Part shown: one piece after another, positions 43,501 through 55,278 of the stretch
How the letters are laid out: every line of letters begins with the position of its first letter
Position numbering within the stretch: position 1 is the stretch's first letter
Source of the DNA: Anaeramoeba ignava BMAN
Taxonomy: Eukaryota > Protista > Anaeramoebae
Length of the DNA: 64,000 bases
Direction: 5' to 3'
Assembly: GCA_028826165.1 (NCBI GenBank)
Contig: JAPDFW010000044.1
Coordinates: 310,001 to 374,000, forward strand
Position numbers and translations under genes: made by a program
The notes under the pieces: model-generated
Seen by the model: only the letters and a program-made list of their open reading frames with translations
What the model was told of the DNA's origin: nothing
Database searches by the model: none

Positions 43501-45333
43501 TAAATAAAAATTATTTACTAGCTATTTTAATAAAGTTAAATAATTAATTTTAATAATAATTAATAATAATTTAATTTTAAAATTAATTTTATTTTAAATT
43601 AAAAAAATAATAATATTATTTATTATATATTAATATTTTGGATTATTTATTAAATTTAATTTTAATTATAAATAATAAATATTTATTAAATATAAATTAT
43701 TTACTAGCTATTTTAATAAAAATAAAAATTAATTTTAATAATAATTAATAATAATTTAATTTAAAATTTAATTTTATTTTAAATTAAAATAATAATATTA
43801 TTTATTATATTAATATTTTGGATTATTTATTAATTTAATTTTAATTATAATAACAAATATTTATTAAATATAATTTATTTACTATCTATTTTAATAAAGA
43901 TAAATAATTAATTTTAATAATAATTAATAATAATTTATTTTAAAATTTAATTTTATTTTAAATTGAAATAATAATAATAATAATAAATATTTATTAAATA
44001 TAAATTATTTATATTTACATCCTCCAAAAATTGGACCAAAATATGAATCATAATAAATTGCATATTGTTCCATTCCTTTTTTAATTGTAAACTTCTCTGG
44101 TTTTCTATCTCCTTTATCATTTCTTAATGAAAAAATAAATGCATTTGAATCAATAATATTGCCATTACTATCATTTTTATCCTCTTCTCTCCATTTTGAT
44201 TTATCTTTTGTCCATCCAACTTGAGTAAATCCTCCAAAAATAAAATTATCTTTTGTTTTGATAATAACTAATGTTTTTCCTTTCCTATCAACTGCTTTAT
44301 GCCAATTTTGAGAATCAAATCCATCTCTTTTTGCTGAAAATCCTTTTTTCATTTTATAAAAAAAATCATTATCATTTATCCATTCTTGTAATTTCTTAAC
44401 ATATTCAATATCTTTAATAATTTCTGAATCTGATAGAAATCTTGATTTAAAAATGAATGAATTTTGATTTTCTTTTTGAATTAATTCAATGAATTCAATT
44501 AATTTTTCTTTATCATTTTGAAGTAGTTGTAATTGAATTAATTTTTGTGAAATTTGGTTTGGAATTATATCTTCTTTCAAAGTATCTTCAAGTTCTTGGT
44601 TTGTGAAATCAATAAATCCGATTTTACCAACAATATTTGAAATTTGATTTTGTAATTTTTCTTTTTCTTCTTTTTCAAGTTTTTGATTTTCTTTTTCTTG
44701 ATTAATATTTGATTTATGTTTTCCCCATTTTATTATTGATTGAAACATTTCAAATTCATTTGGTGGAATATAATCATTTGATAAAATTGAATTTAAATGA
44801 TTTTCTTCAAGTTCAAGAAAAAAAGGAGTTTTGATAAATTCTTCAAAATTTTCAAAAATAAATTTATAAGAAGAATCAAATAATTCATTTAAGTTCATTG
44901 ATTCAGATAATTTAAGAACATCAACAACAGTTTCAAATTGTAAATTCTTTTTGATAAATTTTGAAGAAATTTCAGTTAATTCATCAATTAAATATTTTGA
45001 TGAAAAAAATAAAATTCCAACTGCATTTTCTAAATTAATTTCAATTTTTCCTGAATAAAAATAATTCAAAATTGAAGATAGAATTGAACTTGAAACATCT
45101 TTTAGAATCATTTTATTTTCTTGATATTCTTTCATTTTTGAATTGAAAAGAGATTTAAAATATTGACTTCTTGAAGAAAGAATTGATTTATGAGTTTTAA
45201 ATGAAGTTTTGTTTTGTTCACAAATTATTTCAAAATCAAAATAACTTTCTTCTTCTTTTTCATTTTGGTTTTGATTTTGAAATAAATTTTTTAAATCATT
45301 TGAAAGTTTTTTTAAATTTGAATAAGTTTTCAT
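40597..45333 (-). CDS. BTB-BACK-TLDc protein; exon 1 45333-44019, micro-exon array, last exon 40760-40597
   Basis: BTB (FKTHKSILSSRSQYFKSLF), BACK and TLDc (FSAKRDGF, GKTLVIIKT, IFGGFT, AFIFSL, GPIFGG). The last exon DIWIDSKLQSALSDFGFTYNLPNG...YLAGSYDEWVVDELETYFI* completes the TLDc in phase 1. Confidence 0.9.
40761..44018 (-). repeat. Array of 18 ~180-bp GT-AG intron units separated by 17 variable micro-exons
   Basis: Each junction on the - strand reads ttattaaaatAG-NNN-GTaaataa. NNN in order: ata cta cta ttg ttg aga ttt cttt aat aat aac aat atg aggga aga ttt atg. Confidence 0.85.
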
Positions 45334-45439
45334 TTTCAATAAAAATTTGAAAAGAAAAAAATGAAAAAAATGAAAAAATGAAAAAAAGCAAAAAAATTAA
45401 AAAAAAAGCAAAAAAATTAGAAAAAAAGCAAAAAAAAAT

Positions 45440-46430
45440 GAAAATAGATTTAATTTAATATTTAAATTTATAAATCAATTTAAAAATATAATTTAATATT
45501 TAATTCCATTATTAAAAAAATAATTTAATGTTTTAGATTTAAATATTTTATTATTTAAATATTTAACATATAAATATAAAAAATGAAAATAGTTTTAATT
45601 TAATATTTAATTTATAAATTAATTTAAAAATATAATTTAATATTTAATTTTATTATTAAAATAATAATTTAATGTTTTAGATTTAAATATTTTATTATTT
45701 AAATATTTAACATATAAATATAAAAATAAGAATAGATTTAATTTAATATTTAATTTATAAATTAATTTAAAAATATAATTTAATATTTAATTTTTATGTT
45801 TAAAATAATAATTTAATGTTTTAGATTTAAATATTTTATTATTTAAATATTTTAAACATATAAATATAAAAATAAGAACAGATTTAATTTAATATTTAAT
45901 TTATAAATTAATTTAAAAATATAATTTATTATTTAATTTTATGTTTAAAATAATAATTTAATTGTTTTAGATTTAAATTATTTTATTATTTAAATATTTA
46001 ACATATAAATATAAAAATAAAATAGTTTTAATTTAATATTTAAATTTATAAATTAATTTAAAAATATAATTTAATATTTAATTCCATTATTAAAATAATA
46101 ATTTATTGTTTTAGATTTAAATATTTTATTATTTAAATATTTAACATATAAAATATAAAAAATGAAAATAGATTTAATTTAATATTTAATTTATAAATTA
46201 ATTTAAAAATATAATTTAATATTTAATTTTATTATTAAAATAATAATTTAATGTTTTAGATTTAAATATTTTATTATTTAAATATTTAACATAAAAATAT
46301 AAAAATGAAAATAGATTTAATTTAATATTTAATTTATAAATTAATTTAAAAATATAATTTAATATTTAATTTTATGTTTAAAATAATAATTTATTGTTTT
46401 ATGATTTAAATATTTTATTATTTAAAAATA
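45440..46430 (+). repeat. ~144-bp tandem repeat array B (~7 copies) between the divergent BTB-TLDc genes
   Basis: Same unit and orientation as 39540-40300. Confidence 0.9.
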
Positions 46431-46820
46431 TTTTGAAAATTGATTTTTGAAATTAAAATTTTATCTTTTTTTTGAATTAAATTGAATTAATATTAATTTG
46501 AAAATTTGTTTTAAAATTTAAATTTATTAATAATTTTTAAATTCCAAAAAAAAATTAAATTAAAAATTAAATTAAAATAATTTTCCTTTTTTTTAATAAA
46601 AAAATTAATAAAAAATAATAATAATTTATTAATAAATTAATTTAAAATAATAAATTAAAAAGAAAATTAAATTAATTATTAATTTAAATTTATTCTTATT
46701 TTTATATTTTTATTTATTTTCAAAATCCACTTTTTTTTTCATTTTTTTTTTTTAAATTTTTTTTTCATTTTTTTCCTTTTTTTTAAAAAACAACAAAAAA
46801 CAAAAAACACAAAAAACAAA

Positions 46821-49800
46821 ATGGATAATAATAATAACAACCAAATTGAAAATGCAAACCAAAATCAAAATGAAAATGAAATGAAAAATTTAGAAAAAAA
46901 AGTAACAAAAAATTTAATTAAAGATTATTCAAACCTTTTAAATGAAAATTCATTTAAAGATTTTTCAATTTTTGTTGAGAATAAATCAAATCATTTTGAA
47001 ATTAAAGTTCATAAATCAATTTTATCTTCAAGATCTCCTTTTTTTAATGAGTTTTTAAAAGAACAAAAACATCCTAATTCTATTTCTTTAAATCAATTTA
47101 ATAAAAAAGAAATGGAATCAATTTTGAGTTATATTTATTATGGAAATATTTCTTTTGAGAATCAAGAAAATCTTATTCAATTATTAGAAATTTCAATTTA
47201 TTTTAAATTAAATTTATTGAAAGAAATTATTCAAAAAAAAATTTCAAATTCAATTAATTATTCAAATTTTTTCCAATTTTTATTCCAAAATCGAAATTTA
47301 AATTCAAATGAAATTGAAATAAAATGTTTTGAATTAATAAATCAAAATTTTTCCCAAATTCAGAATAATGAGAATTTATTCAATTTAACTAAAGAAGAAA
47401 TTATCAAATTTATTCAATTTAAACAAGAAAAAAAAGAAATTTTTCAATTTGATTTTTTTCAATTTTTAAATGAATGGATTAAAAAAAGACTTAAATCATT
47501 AAGATTAAAGAAATCTGAACACCAAAAGAATGAAAAGAAAAGATTATTTCATTCTTTTTTTTCATTATTTGATAAAGATTCAATTTCAAAACAAGATTTT
47601 GATAAATTAAAACAATTTGATTTTTTTCTTCCAAATTCTTTTTTAATTAATTTTGAAAGAACTATTTTTCAAATTAAAGATCAAAAAAAAGAAACAAAAA
47701 TCAAAGAAAAAGATGAGGAAATTCAAAATCTTAAATTATCATTTGAGAAAAAAATTGAAAAAGGGGAACAAATACAAGAAATTCACAATCAAAAGGAACA
47801 GAAATTATTGGAGATTTTACCTCAATTTTCAGATTCAGAAATTATTAAAGATATTGAATATGTTAAGAGATTACAAGAATGGATAAATGATAATGATTTT
47901 TTTTCTAAAATGAAAAAAGGATTTTCAGCAAAAAGAGATGGATTTGATTGTGATAAATGGCATTCGATTTGTGATAATAAAGGAAAAACATTAGTTATTA
48001 TCAAAACAAAAGATAATTTTATTTTTGGAGGTTTTACTCAAGTTGGATGGACAAATGATAAATCAAAATGGAGTGAAAAAGATAGAAATGATGATTATGG
48101 ATGTATTCCAGATTCAAATGCATTTATTTTTTCATTAAGAAATGATAAAGGAGATAGAAAACCAGAAAAGTTTATAATTCAAAAAGGAAAAGAACAATAT
48201 GCAATTTTTTATGATTTAAATTATGGTCCAATTTTTGGAGGAGGTAAATATAAATAATTTATATTTAATAAATATTTATTATTATAATTAAAATTAAATT
48301 AATAAATAATCCAAAATATTAATATAATTAATAATATTATTATTTCAATTTAAAATAAAATTAATTTTAAATTAAATTATTATTAATTATTATTAAAATT
48401 AATTATTTATCTTTATTAAAATAGATTGTAAATAATTTATATTTAATAAATATTTATTATTATAATTAAAATTAAATTAATAAATAATCCAAAATATAAA
48501 TATAATCAATAATATTATTATTTCAATTTAAAATAAAATTAATTTTAAATTATTAAATTAAATTATTATTAATTATTATTAAATTAAATTATTTATATTT
48601 ATTAAAATAGATTGTAAATAATTTATATTTAATAAATATTTATTATTATAATTTATATTTATTAAATAAATATTTATTTATTTAATTATAATTAAAATTA
48701 AAATTAATAAATAAATAATCCAAAAATATAAATATAATAAATAATATTATTATTTCAATTTAAAATAAAATTAATTTTAAAATTAAATTATTATTAATTA
48801 TTATTAAAATTAATTATTTATCTTTATTAAAATAGATGGTAAATAATTTATATATTATTATAATTAAATTTAAATTAATAAATAATCCAAAATATTAATA
48901 TAATAAATAATATTATTATTTCAATTTAAAATAAAATTAATTTTAAATTAAATTATTATTAATTATTATTAAAATTAATTATTTATATTTATTAAAATAG
49001 ATTGTAAATAATTTATATTTAATAAATAATTTATTATTATAATTAAAAATTAAATTAATAAATAATCCAAAAATATAAATATAATCAATAATATTATTAT
49101 TTCAATTTAAAATAAAATTAATTTTTAAATTAAATTATTATTAATTATTATTAAAATTAATTATTTATATTTATTAAAATAGATGGTAAATAATTTATAT
49201 TTAATAAATATTTATTATTATAATTAAAATTAAATTAATAAATAATCCAAAATATTAATATAATAAATAATATTATTATTTCAATTTAAAATAAAATTAA
49301 TTTTAAATTAAATTATTATTAATTATTATTAAAATTAATTATTTATTTTTATTAAAATAGATAGTAAATAATTTATATTTAATAAATAATTTATTATTAT
49401 AATTAAAATTAAATTAATAAATAATACAAAATATTAATATAATAAATAATATTATTATTTTAATTTAAAATAAAATTAATTTTAAATTAAATTATTATTA
49501 ATTATTATTAAAATTAATTATTTATCTTTATTAAAATAGGTTGTAAATAATTTATATTTAATAAATATTTATTATTATAATTAAAATTAAATTAATAAAT
49601 AATACAAAATATTAATATAATAAATAATATTATTATTTCAATTTAAAATAAAATTAATATTAAATTAAATTATTATTAATTATTATTAAAATTAATTATT
49701 TATATTTATTAAAATAGTGAGTAAATAATTTATATTTAATAAATATTTATTATTATAATTAAATTTAAATTAATAAATAATACAAAATATTAATATAATA

Positions 49801-51648
49801 AATAATATTATTATTTCAATTTAAAATAAAATTAATATTAAATTAAATTATTATTAATTATTATTAAAATTAATTATTTATCTTTATTAAAATAGGTTGT
49901 AAATAAATTTATATTTAATAAATATTTATTATTATAATTAAAATTAAATTAATAAATAATACAAAAATATTAATATAATAAATAATAATATTATTTCAAT
50001 TTAAAATAAAATTAATTTTAAAATAAATTATTATTAATTATTATTAAAATTAATTATTTATCTTTATTAAAATAGATGGTAAATAATTTATATTATTATA
50101 ATTAAAATTAAATTAATAAATAATCTAAAATATTAATATAATAAATAATATTATTATTTCAATTTAAAAATAAAATTAATTTTAAATTAAATTATTATTA
50201 ATTATTATTAATATTAATTATTTATCTTTTATTAAAAATAGATGGTAAATAATTTATATTTAATAAATATTTATTATTATAATTAAAATTAAATTAATAA
50301 ATAATACAAAAATATAAATATAATCAATAATAATATTATTTCAATTTAAAATAAAATTAATTTTAAATTAAATTATTATTAATTATTATTAAAATTAATT
50401 ATTTATCTTTATTAAAATAGGTTGTAAATAATTTATGATTTAATAAATATTTATTATTATAATTAAAATTAAATTAATAAATAATCCAAAAATATAAATA
50501 TAATAAATAATATTATTATTTCAATTTAAAAATAAAATTAATTTTAAATTAAATTATTATTAAAATTAATTATTTATCTTTATTAAAATAGATGGTAAAA
50601 TAATTTATATTTAACAAATATTTATTATTATAATTAAAATTAAATTAATAAATAATCCAAAATATAAATATAATAAATGATATTATTATTTCAATTTAAA
50701 ATAAAATTAATTTTAAATTAAATTATTATTAATTATTATTAATATTAATTATTTATCTTTATTAAAATAGATAGTAAATAATTTATATTTAATAAATATT
50801 TATTATTATAATTAAAATTAAATTAATAAATAATCCAAAATATTAATATAATAAATAATATTATTATTTCAATTTAAAATTAAATTAATAAATATTTATT
50901 ATTATAATTAATATTAAAATTAATAAATAATCTAAAATATTAATATAATAAATAATTTATTATTTAATAAATATTTATTATTATAATTAAAATTAAATTA
51001 ATAAATAATCCAAAATATAAATATAATAAATAATATTATTATTTCAATTTAAAAATAAAATTAAATTTTAAATTAAATTATTATTAATTATTATTAAAAT
51101 TATTTATTTATCTTTATTAAAATAGTTCGTAAATAATTTATATTTAATAAATATTTACTATTATAATTAAAATTAAATTAATAAATAATCCAAAATATTA
51201 ATATAATAAATAATATTATTATTTCAATTTAAAATAAAATTAATTTTAAATTAAATTATTATTAATTATTATTAAAATTAATTATTTATCTTTATTAAAA
51301 TAGTTGGTAAATAATTTATATTTAATAAATATTTATTATAATTAAAATTAAATTAATAAATAATCTAAAATATTAATATAATAAATAATATTATTATTTC
51401 AATTTAAAATAAAATTAATTTTAAATTAAATTATTATTAATTATTATTAAAATTAATTATTTATCTTTATTAAAATATTTATAGGTGATATTGTGTTAGA
51501 TTCTATATTACAATCTGGTCATTCAGATTTTGGTCAGAGCTATAATCTATCTAATGGAATTAAAAAAGGAACAAATGAAGCTGAAAGTTATTTAGCTGGT
51601 TCTTATAATAAATGGGTTGTTGATGAACTTGAGACTTATTTCATTTAA
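46821..51648 (+). CDS. BTB-coiled coil-TLDc protein; exon 1 46821-48243, micro-exon array, last exon 51485-51648
   Basis: BTB (IKVHKSILSSRSPFF) and TLDc motifs. The last exon GDIVLDSILQSGHSDFGQSYNLSNG...YLAGSYNKWVVDELETYFI* is in phase. Confidence 0.9.
48244..51484 (+). repeat. Array of 17 ~180-bp GT-AG intron units separated by 16 variable 3-nt micro-exons
   Basis: aaaatAG-NNN-GTaaata with NNN at 48425 att, 48611 att, 48836 atg, 49001 att, 49183 atg, 49361 ata, 49540 gtt, 49718 tga, 49896 gtt, 50076 atg, 50242 atg, 50421 gtt, 50592 atg, 50771 ata, 51126 ttc, 51304 ttg. Confidence 0.9.
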
Positions 51649-51939
51649 AAACTTTTTTTTATTTTTTTTTCAAAATTCAATTCAATTTTCATTTACTTTC
51701 AATCAATTTAAATTCTTCAAATCAATAAATAAGAAACAAATCTAATTTTAAATAATTTAATTTTAATTTAAAAATATTATTAAAAAGAAGATTAATTTGA
51801 AAAAAATGAAAATCAAAAATATATAAACATTGAAAATATATATTAATTATTATTAATTGTAAAATATTTTATAAAATATAAAATAAGAAACAAATCAATT
51901 ATAATTTATTATTAAAAAATTATTTAATAAAGAAATAAA

Positions 51940-53230
51940 TTGAAAATATTTTTAAATAACAAAATATTTAAATCTAAAACAATAAATTATTATTTTAATA
52001 ATAAAATTAAATATTAAATTATATTTTTAAATTAATTTATAAATTAAATATTAAATTAAATCTATTCTTATTTTTTATATTTTTATGTTAAATATTTAAA
52101 TAATAAAATATTTAAATCTAAAACAATAAATTATTATTTCAAGCATAAAATTAAATATTAAATTATATTTTTAAATTAATTTATTAAATTAAATATTAAA
52201 TTAAATCTATTTTTATATTTTTATATTTATATGTTAAATATTTAAATAATAAAATATTTAAATCTAAAACATTAAATTATTATTTTAAACATAAAATTAA
52301 ATATTAAATTATATTTTCAAATTGATTTATTAAATTAAATAATAAATTAAAACTTTTTCATTTTTATATTTATATGTTAAATATTTAAATAATAAAAATA
52401 TTTAAATCTAAAACAATAAATTATTATTTTAAACATAAAATTAAATATTAAATTATATTTTTAAATAAATTTATAAATTAAATAATAAATTAAAACTATT
52501 TTCATTTTTTATATTTATATGTTAAATATTTAAATAATAAAATATTTAAATCTAAAACATTAAATTATTATTTCAAACATAAAATTAAATATTAAATTAT
52601 ATTTTTAAATTAATTTATTAAATTAAATAATAAATTAAAACTATTCTTATTTTTTATATTTTATATGTTAAATATTTAAATAATAAAATATTTAAATCTA
52701 AAACAATAAATTATTATTTTTAATAATAAAATTAAATATTAAATTATATTTTTAAATTAATTTATAAATTAAATATTAAATTAAATCTGTTCTTATTTTT
52801 TATATTTTTATGTTAAATATTTGAATAATAAAATATTTAAATCTAAAACATTAAATTATTATTTTAATAATAAAATTAAATATTAAATTATATTTTTTAA
52901 ATTGATTTATTAATTAAATATTAAATTAAAACTATTTTCATTTTTTATATTTATATGTTAAATATTTAAATAATAAAATATTTAAATATAAAACATTAAA
53001 TTATTATTTTAATAATAAAATTAAATATTAAATTATATTTTTAAATTAATTTATAAATTAAATATTAAATTAAATCTATTCTTATTTTTTATATTTTTAT
53101 GTTAAATATTTAAATAATAAAATAATTAAATCTAAAACATTAAATTATTATTTTAATAATAAAATTAAATATTAAATTATATTTTTAAATTAATTTATAA
53201 ATTGAATAATAAATTAAAACTATTTTTATA
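51940..53230 (-). repeat. ~144-bp tandem repeat array C (~9 copies), inverted relative to A and B
   Basis: Marker atttaaatctaaaacaataa is the reverse complement of the array A marker. Confidence 0.9.
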
Positions 53231-53294
53231 TTTTTATTTTTTCATTTTTTCATTTTTCATTTTTTCAATTTTTTTTTTTGAATTAATAAAAAGA

Positions 53295-55114
53295 ATGTGG
53301 TATTTGTTTTTTGTTGTTGCAGCATTTTTTCTTCTTGTAACATTTTGTTGTTTAAGAATTGAACATAAAAAGAAAAGACCAGATATTCTTGAAATTTCAC
53401 CAACTGGTACATTTTTTACAATTATTATTCTTCAAGTAAATTTTCTTTAATAAAAATAAAAATAAAAATAAAATTTTAAATAAAAAATTTTTTCTTCTTT
53501 TTATTTAATTTTTTTTATAAATTAAAAAGATTATGTTTTTTATTGAATTTCAATTTGTTCTTGTTGGATTTGATACTTTTAATTATGAATTATTTACTTA
53601 TTCTCAATTATGGAATGCAAAAGAATTTCAATTTAGAACTGCAAGAGGTTTAATTACAACTTTTAGTTTAATTTTTTCAGGTTTATTACATACAATTATT
53701 TCAACAGCAATTCTACATAATGCAAGAAAAGTAAAAATTAAAATTCATTTTAAAATTATAATTAAAATTCATTTATAAAATTAAAATTAAAATTAAATTA
53801 AAAATTTAAATTTAAAATTAAAATTTAAAATTAAAATAAAAAAAATTAAAATAAAATTAAAAAAATTAAAATTAAAATTAAAATTAAAATTAAAAATTAA
53901 AATTAAAAAAAATAAAATTAAAATTAAAATTAAAATTAAAATTTAAAATTAAAATTAAAATTAAAATTTAAAATTAAAATTAAAATTAAAATTAAAATTA
54001 AAATTTAAAATTAAAATTTAAAATTAAAATTAAAAATTAAAATTAAAATTTAAATTAAAATTAAAATTAAAATTAAAATTAAAATTAAAATTAAAATTAA
54101 AATTAAAAATTAAAATTAAAATTCAAAATTAAAATTAAAATTAAAATTAAAATTAAAATTAAAATTAAAATTAAAATTAAAATTAAAATTAAAATTAAAA
54201 TTAAAATTAAAATTAAAATTAAAATTAAAATTAAAATTTATAAAATTAAAATTAAAATTTATAATTAAAATTAAAATTAAAATTTAAAAATTAAAATTAA
54301 AATTAAAATTAAAAATAAAATTAAAATTAAAAATCGGATAAAAACATTTTAGATGGCAGATTATGGTTTAACTTGGTTTTTCATTTATTTTATTATTGTA
54401 TCTGCTGTTACAAAAGAATTTCCTGATTCAGGAGCTTGGTGGGTTGCAACATTAATTTCTTTAATTTTAATGATTTTTGTTTCAGAACAAATTAGGTAAA
54501 ATATTTATTTAAAAAAATTAAAATTAAAATTCATTTATAAAATTAAAATTAAAATTAAATTTAAAAAATTAAAAAATAAAATTAAAATTAAAATTAAAAT
54601 TAAAATTAAAATTAAAATTAAAATTAAAATTAAAATTAAAATTAAAATTAAAATTAAAATTAAAATTAAAATTAAAATTAAAATTAAAATTAAAATTAAA
54701 ATTAAAATTAAAATTAAAATTCATTTATTAAAATTAAAATTAAAATTAAAATTAAAATTAAAATTGAATTTTGAATTTTGAATTTTGAAATTGGATAAAA
54801 GTTTGAGATTTGATTCAATGAGTTATTTAACAGCAGCAGCACTTGAAGAAGCACAAAAACAAACATCTAAAACAAGAAGAAAAACAATTAAAAGAAAAGA
54901 AAAAATCAAAGAAGAAAAAGAAATGAAAAAAATAGAAGATATTCCACCACCAGTTGAAAATATTGAAGAATTATCTGATGAAACAATAAAAAAAAACAAA
55001 GAATTATTGGATAAATTAAATCAATTTGCAGAATCAGATGATAAAAAAGATGATAAAAAAAGTGATAAAAAAAAAGATAAAAAAGATGTTTCATTAAGTT
55101 CAAATTCTGATTAA
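53295..55114 (+). CDS. Multi-exon multi-pass membrane protein of unknown function with a charged C-terminal tail
   Basis: Exons ~53295-53435 (MWYLFFVVAAFF...IIILQ), ~53531-53730, ~54353-54495 (MADYGLTWFFIYFIIVSA...) and ~54802-55114. The introns contain (TTAAAA)n. Confidence 0.65.
53760..54770. repeat. Two intronic (TTAAAA)n tracts (~53760-54335, ~54510-54770)
   Basis: Direct inspection. Confidence 0.85.
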
Positions 55115-55278
55115 AAAATTCCTTTTATTTTCTTTTTCAATTTATTCCACTTTTTTTTTTTGGAATTTTTTCTTTTTCTTTTTTCTTTTTGAAATTGTTT
55201 TTTTTTCTTTTAAAAAATCAAATAATAAAAATTTTTTTCATTTTAAATTTTTTTCATTTTTTTTTTTTAAATTGAAAA

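Noticed and set aside
44005-48257. ORF-track C-termini GGCKYK* and GGGKYK* as true protein ends
   Set aside because: These are read-through into the GT donor. The TLDc domain is completed by in-phase exons at 40760-40597 and 51485-51648.
40761-51484. Repeat arrays with variable spacers as CRISPR or DGR
   Set aside because: Units are ~180 bp with 3-nt spacers bounded by AG/GT in a eukaryotic gene. There is no cas or reverse transcriptase gene, and no template repeat.
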